Assembly: GCA_965238005.1 (NCBI GenBank)
Contig: OZ250165.1
Location: forward strand, 2,272,001-2,336,000
DNA length: 64,000 nucleotides
Direction of reading: 5' to 3'
From: Longimicrobiales bacterium
GTDB taxonomy: Bacteria > Gemmatimonadota > Gemmatimonadetes > Longimicrobiales > Gaopeijiaceae
The translations under genes were made by a program, and so were the position numbers. The notes beneath the pieces are model-generated. The model worked only from the letters and a program-made list of their open reading frames with translations. It did no database searches and had not been told where the DNA came from. This document shows, piece by piece, positions 1 through 9,226 of this stretch (its first letter is position 1; each line of letters opens with the position of its first letter).

Positions 1-704
1 CCCGAGCGCTGCGCGAGGTGTTGGAATCCCGGGGCTTCATCGTGGGCGACGGTTCCACAGCCGTTCACCGAGCCGCCCGATCCCGGATCACCGGCCGGGA
101 GGCTTGGGCCCCGAGGCTCATGGGAGACGCAGAGCCGCGCATTCTGGCCCGCCATTCCTCACCGGAGATGATCGAGTATCTGAACGTGGTCAACCACGAC
201 AGCCACAACCTCTTCGCCGAGACCATCTTCAAGACCATGGGCAAGGTCGTGATGGGTCAGGGATCCTTCGAGGGAGGCGCACGAGCGGTCCGGGCCTTCA
301 CGGCTGGTGAAGTCGGGCTGGACGATCGCGACATCGTCGCGGTGGACGGCTCGGGGCTCTCGGACAGCAACCGGGCGACGGCAGGCGGATTGGTAGGGGT
401 CCTGCGGTACGTAGCCGCGACGCCTCACTGGGATGCGTTCGTTTCCACGCTTCCCGAAGCGGGCCGTTCGCTGCGCCGGATGTACCGGACCCGGGCGGCC
501 CGAAATCTCCGGGCCAAGACGGGGACGATTGACGGAGTCTCGGCCCTTACGGGAGTAGTCTCGGCACGGAACGGTGAAAGGCTGCTCTTCAGCATCCTCT
601 CCAACGACGTCCCATCGACGAGCGCCGCCAAACGGGTGGAGGATCGGATCGGGGCCAGGCTCGCCGACTTTCGGAGAGCCGCACCCGACCTGCCAGGCTC
701 CTAG
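1..704 (+). CDS. dacB: D-alanyl-D-alanine carboxypeptidase/endopeptidase (PBP4, peptidase S13), 5'-truncated by window edge
   Basis: SxN motif (SHN-LFAE), DGSGLS, KTG motif (AKTGTI) and C-terminal LLFSIL strand typical of S13; N-terminal SxxK lies before the window. Confidence 0.9.
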   Translation, partial: RALREVLESRGFIVGDGSTAVHRAARSRITGREAWAPRLMGDAEPRILARHSSPEMIEYLNVVNHDSHNLFAETIFKTMGKVVMGQGSFEGGARAVRAFTAGEVGLDDRDIVAVDGSGLSDSNRATAGGLVGVLRYVAATPHWDAFVSTLPEAGRSLRRMYRTRAARNLRAKTGTIDGVSALTGVVSARNGERLLFSILSNDVPSTSAAKRVEDRIGARLADFRRAAPDLPGS

Positions 705-718
705 AAGCCTAGCCTAGT

Positions 719-1003
719 CTAGGAGCCTGCCCGAGTAATGGGGCGAGCCGCGAGAGGAGGACTGGAGGCGCGTCCCATCGCCGAGCGCAGTCGCCTGCGC
801 AGCTCGACCTCCGATATGGTGGCCAGCGCTCGTTCAGCCGTGCCGAGGCTGTTCCAGCGCACGTCCAGGAGGTTCACGCCTTCATCGTCAGTCCCACCCC
901 TGGGGTGGAGGTGGAGGTAGTAGCGACCCTTGTAGTCCGTACCCGACTCCGATCGTACGGTGGCCACCCAGGTGCGTCGGTCTTCGTCCAGGAAATCCGT
1001 CAT
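719..1003 (-). CDS. Small hypothetical protein (94 aa)
   Basis: Clean ORF with ATG directly downstream of the AraC gene on the same strand; globular composition; no recognised motif. Confidence 0.65.
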   Translation of the reverse strand: MTDFLDEDRRTWVATVRSESGTDYKGRYYLHLHPRGGTDDEGVNLLDVRWNSLGTAERALATISEVELRRRLRSAMGRASSPPLAARPITRAGS

Positions 1004-1053
1004 GAGATTCGCTTGGCGTTGATCATTTGGGCACCCACAAGCGCCGGCCGAAA

Positions 1054-1902
1054 TCAGGCCACTGATGCTCGCGACGCAGCCGAGATCTCAAACCCGCAAT
1101 CGCGGAAAAAGTGCCTGAGCACGAATGACAACCCCCCCCTCGCGGCCACCATCGTGGGCGTGGCGCCGGTATAGCTCTTCAGGGCCCTGCGGAACGCCGC
1201 CCCGGATGAATACTCCAGCTGCCGGCTGACGCTCTGCCCCGTCCGCCCGGGATCCCCCAGCCAGTGACCCGCATGGAGGAGCCGCGACCACACCAGGAGG
1301 CGTCCGATGGCCGGCAAACCGGCCCTCTTCAGGCCTACGCTCAAGAAGGGTCGAGAGAGACCCATGAGGTCGGAGAACTCCTCGGCCGACCAGCACTTGT
1401 GGACTTGGTCCAGTACGAGCCTCAGAGCCTTCGTTTCACGCGGTGGAAGCTCGGGGCTCACCTCACGAAGCACCCGAGACGTCACGCCTCTCTCTCGCGC
1501 CTTGTCGACGCTTCGCAACAATCGCCAGGCCTGATCTTCACTGCCCAGCAGAACCAGGCTCCGGAAACCGAGGCGTCCCACCTCGAAGAGAGTTCGCGGA
1601 TCCTCCTTGGCAGTGGCCAGAAGAACGAATCCCACGCTCGGAAAGTCCCGCCGCAACCTCAAAAGCCGCTCCAGCCCGCCCGGACCCCATCCCATGGACG
1701 TCAGATCGACCAGGCATACGCTCACCGGCCGCTCCCGAAGGGACAGCGCAAGCCAGCCGAGCGTCCTGGACTCAGCGACGTCGTGTACGGCCGAGAGAGC
1801 ATCTCGGAGGCTGGACTGGACCCGTGGATCCCTGGTGAACGTACTTGCGAGCGCCATGACCTTCGGAAAAGATATACCCGTGGCCGGAAATGATTGCGGC
1901 AT
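1054..1902 (-). CDS. AraC-family transcriptional regulator with N-terminal receiver-like (degenerate) domain; start may be 1857
   Basis: C-terminal AraC double HTH (WSAEEFSDLMGLSRPFL...VSRQLEYSSGAAFRRALKSYTGATP); N-terminal VCLVD strand pattern is receiver-like. Confidence 0.8.
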   Translation of the reverse strand: MPQSFPATGISFPKVMALASTFTRDPRVQSSLRDALSAVHDVAESRTLGWLALSLRERPVSVCLVDLTSMGWGPGGLERLLRLRRDFPSVGFVLLATAKEDPRTLFEVGRLGFRSLVLLGSEDQAWRLLRSVDKARERGVTSRVLREVSPELPPRETKALRLVLDQVHKCWSAEEFSDLMGLSRPFLSVGLKRAGLPAIGRLLVWSRLLHAGHWLGDPGRTGQSVSRQLEYSSGAAFRRALKSYTGATPTMVAARGGLSFVLRHFFRDCGFEISAASRASVA

Positions 1903-1984
1903 CTAAGGATGCCGCATCCACCTTTATCAAGTTATATGGTGCAGTCGCGCCTCACCAGCCCCACTTTCGGAGGACATCGGTCTC

Positions 1985-2154
1985 ATGAGGAAGCGCTTCG
2001 CATCTTATTCGCCGTCGCCACCTTCTCGTTCGCATTGGGTGCCTGCTCGTCCCCCGCCGGCCTGGACTGCACCACCGGAGATAGCTTCTGCCAGTCGGGC
2101 AGCAATGGTCACAATCCGGGCAGCAACGGTCACAACCCGGGCAGCGGCGGCTAA
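1985..2154 (+). pseudogene. Small secreted lipopeptide precursor (MRK-ALRILFAVATFSFALGA|CSSPAGLDCTTGDSFCQSGSNGHNPGSNGHNPGSGG) with a 1-nt frameshift after codon 3, or an assembly indel
   Basis: GGAGG at 1969-1973 and ATG at 1985; the hydrophobic stretch, LGAC lipobox and repeat tail lie in the -1 frame (ORF-track 1894..2154); restoring one base near 1991-1993 gives a canonical signal peptide. Confidence 0.65.
2096..2145 (+). repeat. 21-bp tandem repeat (about 2.4 copies) encoding GSNGHNP
   Basis: cgggcagcaatggtcacaatc / cgggcagcaacggtcacaacc / cgggcagc; the differences between the two full copies are synonymous. Confidence 0.9.
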
Positions 2155-3965
2155 GTAACCAGCTCGCCCTCCGTCGACAACTGGCCCCGCATAGCGTTCA
2201 GCTCGCTGCGGACTCCGTCGATGCCCTCGAGGGTCGCGGGTTCGGTGGGTGCACTCGCACCCTCTGCTGCGAATTCTCCGGCGCTTAGGGCTTCGAGGGC
2301 AGCCTCCGCCTGGAAGGAGATCTGGTTGTTGCCGTGCTCCTCGGAGTACGTCTTCGCTTCCGTGAGTCAGCGTTCAGCCAACTCCATGTCCCCCAGGAGG
2401 CCATAGGCCTTACCGCGATAGAGAAGTAGCTCGGAGACCATGAAGGGCGACCCGCTTCGCCAGGCCGTCTCGTCGACGGCCTCGAGTCGAGCCTCGAACT
2501 GTTTTCGACGGCCCAGAAGAGCCTCGATGTAGGCCAGGGCGTCCAGCGCGTAGACCCGATAACGGAAGTCCTGCGTACAGTGTGCCACTACCGTGTAGGC
2601 GTCTTCCGCAGCCGCGAGCTCACCCACCTCGACAAAGGCCCAGGCCAGGTCAGAGAGGGCCTGCAGCTGGTCCCGCTCCGAAGGATAAAGGCGAACCGCC
2701 TCCCAACCGTGCCGGATCGCCTTCCCGGGGCGACCGGACAGCTTCTCGTCGGTCATGAGGTCGTGGTGACTCAATCCCTGCACGTAGCGGTCGCCATCCG
2801 CCTCTCCCCACTCCAGGGTCTGTCGATGCAGCTCGAGGGCTCGCGGCAGGTTCCCCTTCTCCCGGAGGGCGTTCCCCAGCCCCAGAGTCGCCATAGCCGA
2901 CAGCCGGCCGTCGTCGAGCGCCCCACCCAGGTCCTGGGCCACCCCGTACCACTGCTCGCTCTCGTCCCATGCGCCGAGCCGGCGATGGGCTCTGCCGAGG
3001 AAGCGGGCGGCGGATCCGGCGATGGCTCCCGATCCACAGGTCACCGCTACCAGGTAGGCCAGGTTGAAGACCTCCCGAGCCCCGTGCAGGTGCCCGAGCA
3101 TGTCCACGCGGTCCGTCAGCTCCAGGAGAGAGCGTCCCAGCTCTACCCCGTCGCCGGAGCCGAGGGCTTCCAAGACCGCGCTCCAGCTCGCTCGCTCGGG
3201 ATCGCCCCGGTCCACCGCGTCGAGCTCGCGCCCAACTCCCTCGACCTGCTGACACAGGGCCTCGGGATCCAAGATGAGCTCCTCGTCCAGTGCGGACCGT
3301 ACCGCACGGGCAACGAGGAAGCGCGCGGCGATCCGGCGATTCGTCTCGGCGTCGGCCTCTCGCCCCTCCAGGTCCTTGAGGATCGCCCATCCGGAAAAGG
3401 TCTCCCCCGCCTCGGGACCGGCGCCCTTCCGCGGGCGCCTCGAACCGGCCGCTTTGCGGTCCAGATCCTGATGAAGAACCACGGCCGCCGCCTCACCAGC
3501 GAGGAACATGAGCTCGTCCGTGACCTCCACCGCGAGCCGCGCTCGGGGCGTCAGAGAGTCGACTATGAGGAACCAAGCCCTGGTTCCGTCGCTGCCCATG
3601 GCGACGCAGCAGGAGCTGCGGACGCCCGAGATCGGGATCTCACCGGAGCGCTCGGTGTCCGGCAGGTCGAGGAGGCCTGGCACACCCTTGCCCCACACGA
3701 CGCGACACGCCTGCATCGCGAAGTCTCGCCGGGGGGGATTCCCCACGAGGTCCAGCAGGCAGTGAACGTGAACCAAGCCGGGCCCGTATTCATCGACCCA
3801 AACGACGGCGGCCCGATCGGCCCCGACCAGCTCCTGCGCCGAGGTGAGATACCCCAGGAGGCATGAGCGCGCCGGGTCCCCCCGGTAGAGCGCGGCGGTC
3901 TGCTCGGACCGTTTCGCCCGCCCGCTCCGGTAATCTGCGAGGCGTGGAACGTTCGAAGTAGACAT
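2151..3965 (-). pseudogene. GAF-like + tetratricopeptide-repeat protein interrupted near its 3' end by an in-frame TGA (2367-2369)
   Basis: N-terminal GAF-like segment (LVGADRAAVVW...SSCCVAMG...FLAGEAA); TPR-like helices (LGRAHRRLG.WDE, LGNALREKGNLPRALELH); the frame continues 71 sense codons past the TGA (LTEAKTYSEEHGNNQISFQAEAAL...) to TAG at 2151-2153. Confidence 0.7.
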
Positions 3966-4034
3966 CTATGCCGGACCAAATAGCTTGTCGGGGGGATCCT
4001 TTAAAACTAGGTATCGGGAGCGGGAAAAACAACG

Positions 4035-5027
4035 GTGACCTCTATCCCCAATCACACCTCGTCTATGGCCGCAACCGCCGAAAACGGAGGGTCAGGCGCC
4101 CCGCCAGCCCCGGGTTCGCAGGCCGAAAGGCCCGTACTGCGGGTCGACATCCTCCTTGTTGTATTATGTGTCATCTGGGGAGTGAACTTCTCCGTCATTA
4201 AGGTGGCGCTGGTCGAGATCGAGCCCCTCGCGTTCAATGCCCTCAGGTTCCCCCTCGCCGCCGTAACGCTCTTCGTGCTGTTGAGATGGCGGGGTCCTAT
4301 CCCCCTTCCCCAACGGGGCCACCGGGCTCGCGTTGTCCTTCTAGGTCTTCTGGGCAACCTCGTGTATCAGTTTCTGTTCATCTTCGGGATCGACGGGACT
4401 CTGGTCGGAAACGCGAGCCTCGTCCTCGCAACAACGCCGATCTGGACCCTGGTCCTCTCCACCGCGCTCGGCCAGGAGCAGCATGCGGTGGCCGTCTGGG
4501 TGGGCGTGCTGGCGACCCTGGGAGGCATGGTGCTCGTCGTCGCCGGAGGCAGCAACGCCGTAAGCTTCGCGGACGGTCTCCCCAGGGGCGATCTGCTCCT
4601 GGTTGCCGCTGCCGTCACATGGTCCGTCTACACCGTCGGAGCTCAGGATCTGACCCGCCGGTACGGAGCGCTCGCCGTTACATCCTGGACCCTGTGGATC
4701 GGCACCGTGGGCCTTGTAGCCGCCGGCGCCGCCTCCGTCGCTGAGATGGACCTTCGCGCGGTCTCTCCCATGGCATGGGTCGGGGTCGCCTACGCCGGTA
4801 TCCTCGCTATCGCCATCGCGTATCTGCTGTGGAACCACGGGTTGCAGCACATCGGCAGTGCGCGGACTGCGGCGTTCTCGAATCTCGTTCCGGTCGTCGC
4901 GCTCATCACCGCGGCCCTGTGGCTCGGCGAAGAGCCCTCCGTTCTCCAGATGGCAGGCGCAATAACCATCATCGGAGGGGTGTGGCTGGCCCGTGTGGCC
5001 AGGACCAGAGAGGGATCGTCCGCCTAA
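4035..5027 (+). CDS. DMT/EamA-family transporter
   Basis: About 10 hydrophobic helices in two EamA repeats (IWGVNFSVIK...LRF; LVPVVA...WLGE). Confidence 0.92.
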   Translation: MTSIPNHTSSMAATAENGGSGAPPAPGSQAERPVLRVDILLVVLCVIWGVNFSVIKVALVEIEPLAFNALRFPLAAVTLFVLLRWRGPIPLPQRGHRARVVLLGLLGNLVYQFLFIFGIDGTLVGNASLVLATTPIWTLVLSTALGQEQHAVAVWVGVLATLGGMVLVVAGGSNAVSFADGLPRGDLLLVAAAVTWSVYTVGAQDLTRRYGALAVTSWTLWIGTVGLVAAGAASVAEMDLRAVSPMAWVGVAYAGILAIAIAYLLWNHGLQHIGSARTAAFSNLVPVVALITAALWLGEEPSVLQMAGAITIIGGVWLARVARTREGSSA

Positions 5028-5821
5028 CCCTTCGAGCCCGACTCCAGCCTCGGGTGATGCCGGACCTCGGGGAACTCGTACACGATGATCCCCTGGTTGG
5101 TCACATCCGAACGGACCCTGAGCCCGTCGTCCATGGACTCCAGCACGCTCTCGGCCACGGCCAAGGAGAGGTTGAGCGAGGCGGCCACCTCGGTCACGGT
5201 GAGGGTCCCGCCTTTTTCCGTGGCCAGGAGCAGCACGCGGCGCTGCAGCCGCGTCATGAGGGCCCTTCGACGATCCTGGCGGGCCTTGAGCCCCCACCAG
5301 ATGGTAGCGGTGCCCCCCGCTCCCATGACGCTGCCCACCGCCACGGCGGCGAGATCGAACTCGACGAAGCCCACGGAGATTATGAGCGCAGCCGCGAGGA
5401 CAATAGCCACACCGAAGACTCTCCGGCCGATCCCACGTCTGGGAAGCGGCTCGTCGGCCTCGAAATGCGGACCGACTGCGACCGAGCCCGCCAACGCCGG
5501 CGCACGGGCCGCTCCGGGACCCAGCACTGCCGCGTTCTCCCAGCCCAGGCCGCACTGGGGACAGATCCTGTGTTTACGGCGGGCCAGCCAGTATGCCAGC
5601 CCCCCCAGACCGTACGTGAACAGCGAAACACCGATGAGGAGACCCATGTGTCCGGGCCGCTTGAAATACTCGATTCCGTTCCCCACGTATGCGCACCGCG
5701 GGCAGCTCCGCACTCCCAACCCCACCGGACGCGCGACGGAGCGCAATGAAACCGCCACCCCACAAGTGGGACAAGCGGTTTCGTGCTCTCTCAGATGCTC
5801 ACCACAGGTAGAACAGCGCAT
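5024..5821 (-). CDS. Membrane protein with N-terminal zinc ribbons and a C-terminal winged-helix-like domain
   Basis: CxxC motifs (CSTC/CPTC; CPRC/CPQC), hydrophobic segments, C-terminal GGTLTVTEVAASLNLS...IVYEF. Confidence 0.75.
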   Translation of the reverse strand: MRCSTCGEHLREHETACPTCGVAVSLRSVARPVGLGVRSCPRCAYVGNGIEYFKRPGHMGLLIGVSLFTYGLGGLAYWLARRKHRICPQCGLGWENAAVLGPGAARAPALAGSVAVGPHFEADEPLPRRGIGRRVFGVAIVLAAALIISVGFVEFDLAAVAVGSVMGAGGTATIWWGLKARQDRRRALMTRLQRRVLLLATEKGGTLTVTEVAASLNLSLAVAESVLESMDDGLRVRSDVTNQGIIVYEFPEVRHHPRLESGSKG

Positions 5822-5914
5822 TTATCCTCGACGAAGGAGTCTCCTCAACGTAGACACTCGACACTACGTGTTCGTTCCGGAGAAGATTCAGCCTTTCCGC
5901 GGGCCACCGAGCAG

Positions 5915-8086
5915 CTAGAACAGCCTCACGAGTTTGAGTCGCAAACCGGCCTGCAGGGGAGCCGGCCCCCCCTCTGGGCCCGCCAGGTTCAAGGCCAATC
6001 CTCCTTCCCCACTTCCCAGCAAGAAGTATGCACCTGAGGACGACCAGAGCCGTCCCTCGGCAAAGAAATCCCCGACCGTGATGACCGTGGGCCTCAACGA
6101 GAAGGACCCGACGCCTTCCGAGAGGGTCTCCACCAGATCGATACCCGGGAACTGCAGGGCCGCCCTCACCGGGATCTGGCTGTTCCCAGAGAGCTGCCCC
6201 TCCACCGCGATCGCCGCGCTCCAGTCCGAGAACAGAGCCTCCCAGTCCCGGCCCGTCACCGCCTCCACGTTATCGATTCCGGTCCGCGTGGTCTGGGTCA
6301 GCGACGCCAGGACGGCATCGCTGCCCGCCTGGTCCCTCAGGTAGCGAACGAACAGCCAGCCCGCGCCACGCTCTTCGAGCGTCCCCTGGCCGATGACGAC
6401 GATCAGGCTCACGTCGGCCGGATCCGCAAGGAATCGATTCGCTCGTCGCCAATTGCCCTTCTGAAAGTCTTCGGCATCGAGGCTCCCTCGCCTACGCAAC
6501 TCCTCTCCGACGAGGTCCTCGCTCATCTGGGCAAGCCCCTCGGAGAGCCAGAGCACGTCGGCACGCTGCCCGCCTCGCTGAATGATCCGCTCGTTGTGGT
6601 GGATCATGTGCTGGAGCTCGTGGGCGAGAATGGCCGGCACGGTGGCTCGGATGAGGTTCAGGCTTTGGACGTTGCCGTACCGCCCCGTGGGGTCGGGAAT
6701 CATCACGTAGAAGATCTCGGCCGCATTGCTGTCTTCGGCCTCGGTGAAGAGATCCAGGCCGAAGAAGAATCCGCCCACGAAGTCGCTGGAGCCCGGTGGG
6801 GTCAGTCGATTGACGGTGGGGGTGAAGAGGATGATGACCTTCTCGTTTCCGTCCACGTCGGAGAGTTGTCCGAAGGCTCTCACGTCCACGGTGTAGATCG
6901 GATCGTCGAAGACGCTGCCGAAGCGCTCCAGGTCGGCTGGTGCCAGGCTGCCGAGGGCTGCGACGTCCACATACAGGAGGGCTCGCTCCGACACCCCGCG
7001 AACCTCCGCCGTGACCTGATCGAACTCGCCGTCGGCCCCCACCACCTTGAAGTCCCTACGGTCCCCCACCTCGGGCGCTCGCGCTGCCGGTGAGAGAGCG
7101 GGCCGCGCCAAGGATGCTCGCTGCTTGCCGAGGAGCTCCTCCTCCAGGGCCCGCAGGAACACCTTCCACTCCTCCCGAATCGCCCGGTCATGAGGCTCGG
7201 AAGCGGTCAGCCCTCCACTCGAAGGAGACACCAGGCGGGCTGCCGGTGTTTGCGACGACCGCCGCAGGCCTGTGAGCGCGTAGTCGAATCGGGCCGCACC
7301 GATGGAGCTCGCAGACTGGGCAACGGCCAGCCAGTTCCCCACCGCCAGGCGGAGGCACGAAGGGCCGTCTCCGATGACGACGGTCGTATCGGCCCCGAAG
7401 TCCGGATCGAGCGCCGCACCGGAAGCCCGAATACCCAGGGAAAGCGCTCTGCTCGCTTCGTCTCCCAAACGCACCGACACGTCCACCGTCGTGCTGGGCA
7501 GACATGGCGGCACCTCTACGGAGAGCCGGGTCGGCCCTGCGGCCATGACGGATCCGCGAATCCCCGAGAAGAGTACCACGTTATGAGATGCGATCGCGCT
7601 GAAGTTGTCTCCGTCCAGCGTGATGAGGTCTCCGGCATCCGCGGTGACTGTAGACAGCCCCGTGAGCTGTGGGGGAAGCACGGCCCATGCCTCGAACTCC
7701 ACGAACCGCTCGGGTTGGTCTCGAAGCCGAGCCTGTATCAGGTAGCGGCCCAGGCCGTTGCCCAAGCGGAGGCGTGCCGTCGCCAGCCCGGTGGAGTCGC
7801 TCTGGCTGGTCCCGGGGTCCAACTGCGCGCCGGAGCCTTCTACGACCGACCACTCCACCACGACGCCCTCCACGGGCCGTCCATCGCCGATCCGCAGAGC
7901 CGACACGGTCAGGGGATCTATGAGGAACTGACCGGAGGGTCCGAATTGGCCGCTCCCCGACACGGCCACCAGGTCGACTTCCGGTGTGGGCGGCTCGGTA
8001 GGACCGTCCTCGGAGCAGGTCGTGATGCCCAGTGAAGCGAGGAGGGTGACTCCGACGAGGAGCCTGCGCGAAAACGGGTCCATCAC
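5915..8086 (-). CDS. Lipoprotein with Ig-like/IPT-TIG domains and a HEXXH zinc metallopeptidase domain
   Basis: Signal peptide ending TTC; Ig-like region; AGDLITLDGDNF (IPT); AHELQH plus downstream WLSEGLA (gluzincin-type third ligand). Confidence 0.8.
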   Translation of the reverse strand: MMDPFSRRLLVGVTLLASLGITTCSEDGPTEPPTPEVDLVAVSGSGQFGPSGQFLIDPLTVSALRIGDGRPVEGVVVEWSVVEGSGAQLDPGTSQSDSTGLATARLRLGNGLGRYLIQARLRDQPERFVEFEAWAVLPPQLTGLSTVTADAGDLITLDGDNFSAIASHNVVLFSGIRGSVMAAGPTRLSVEVPPCLPSTTVDVSVRLGDEASRALSLGIRASGAALDPDFGADTTVVIGDGPSCLRLAVGNWLAVAQSASSIGAARFDYALTGLRRSSQTPAARLVSPSSGGLTASEPHDRAIREEWKVFLRALEEELLGKQRASLARPALSPAARAPEVGDRRDFKVVGADGEFDQVTAEVRGVSERALLYVDVAALGSLAPADLERFGSVFDDPIYTVDVRAFGQLSDVDGNEKVIILFTPTVNRLTPPGSSDFVGGFFFGLDLFTEAEDSNAAEIFYVMIPDPTGRYGNVQSLNLIRATVPAILAHELQHMIHHNERIIQRGGQRADVLWLSEGLAQMSEDLVGEELRRRGSLDAEDFQKGNWRRANRFLADPADVSLIVVIGQGTLEERGAGWLFVRYLRDQAGSDAVLASLTQTTRTGIDNVEAVTGRDWEALFSDWSAAIAVEGQLSGNSQIPVRAALQFPGIDLVETLSEGVGSFSLRPTVITVGDFFAEGRLWSSSGAYFLLGSGEGGLALNLAGPEGGPAPLQAGLRLKLVRLF

Positions 8087-9084
8087 CGCGGGATGGTCGA
8101 CAAAGCCAGCAACTCGAGGATCGGGCTCCCGGTCAGGGTCGCGGATCCGGTTCTGACTCGTCCGATGACGCGAATACGCTCCAGAGGGCTTAGGCCCTCG
8201 GCCTCCTGGAGCCGCTCCGGCGGAATCGCCACATAAACGAATACGCCTTCTCCACGCCCAATCCTGGTGAGGAGGAACGGCTCTCCCTCGTAGAAGTCCG
8301 TTCGGATCTTCTCAGCCCGTTCTAGAGAGATGAATTGGAGATCCCACTGGAGCACCCGGCCGCGGTACTCGAGGGGTGCGGCAGCGACGTCTTCGGTGCT
8401 CACGTCCGTGAGGACAGCGGTCTCGCCCTCCACGGCCGCGCCCTCCGGAAGCCACGTCCACCCGTCTAACCTGACCCTCGCCCAGTTTCCCTCTCTCGCG
8501 AGGATCCTCAAGTTCGCCCCGGGCACGGCCGTGGCCAACGTGTCTCCGTCGGGAGTGCTGAGGATGGTCGCCTCGGTCTCCCCACTGCTGGTCCACTGCT
8601 CGGCGAGAATGACCTCCGCCCCCCGAGGGGCATCGCCCGGCGCCGGGCCTTCGAGTTCCACGGACTGGCTCCAGATCCACGCACTTCGGCGCACCCTGAC
8701 CCATCCGGGCACCCTCTCCACCTCTTGCAGGAGGGTCCCTTCCTCCAATCGACCGATGACATCCCCCGACGGAGTAACCCTGATGTTCTCACCGCCCGAG
8801 GCCGACACCACAAGGTCGGAGTCGACGCGGCTGACCACCTGAAGCGATCGGGTCCAGACCCACCCCATCAGCTCGAACTGGAGCCAATCGTCGGCGAGGT
8901 CCAGAACCGCAAGGGCCGCACCGGGGCGGAGTTGGCCCAACAGCGTCCCGTTCGGCTGGGCGCGAAAATTCTCGTCTGCCGTCACGGTTCCGCTCTGTCC
9001 GACGAGACCCTGATTGAAAAGCACCGCAAGACAGGCGCCGAGGAAGACCGTAGTGGCCCGCAATCGCTGAAAATCCTCGCTCAT
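8083..9084 (-). CDS. Secreted protein with three SH3-like repeats and a C-terminal OB-fold-like domain (start approximate)
   Basis: Repeats ENFRAQPNG..GWVW, ENIRVTPSG..AWIW, ILSTPDG..NWARVRLDGWTW; stop overlaps the ATG of the next gene. Confidence 0.7.
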   Translation of the reverse strand: MSEDFQRLRATTVFLGACLAVLFNQGLVGQSGTVTADENFRAQPNGTLLGQLRPGAALAVLDLADDWLQFELMGWVWTRSLQVVSRVDSDLVVSASGGENIRVTPSGDVIGRLEEGTLLQEVERVPGWVRVRRSAWIWSQSVELEGPAPGDAPRGAEVILAEQWTSSGETEATILSTPDGDTLATAVPGANLRILAREGNWARVRLDGWTWLPEGAAVEGETAVLTDVSTEDVAAAPLEYRGRVLQWDLQFISLERAEKIRTDFYEGEPFLLTRIGRGEGVFVYVAIPPERLQEAEGLSPLERIRVIGRVRTGSATLTGSPILELLALSTIPR

Positions 9085-9226
9085 CTTCCTGAAACGATCC
9101 TCGACAGACGGTGTTGAAAGGGTGATCTTCCGGCCCTCTGGACGACGGCAGACGTCACTTGGACGAATGTGTTCCAACCAGTGACGGTCGTCAAATACCC
9201 CTAAACCAAACGTCGAACCAGCTTTC

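Noticed and set aside
2040..2154. RiPP precursor
   Set aside because: No modification enzymes nearby, and the leader is a lipoprotein signal; cannot be fully excluded
2367..2369. Selenocysteine or genome-wide TGA recoding
   Set aside because: TGA terminates many genes here (tig, clpX, mrcA); the context is a helical repeat where Trp fits better than Cys/Sec
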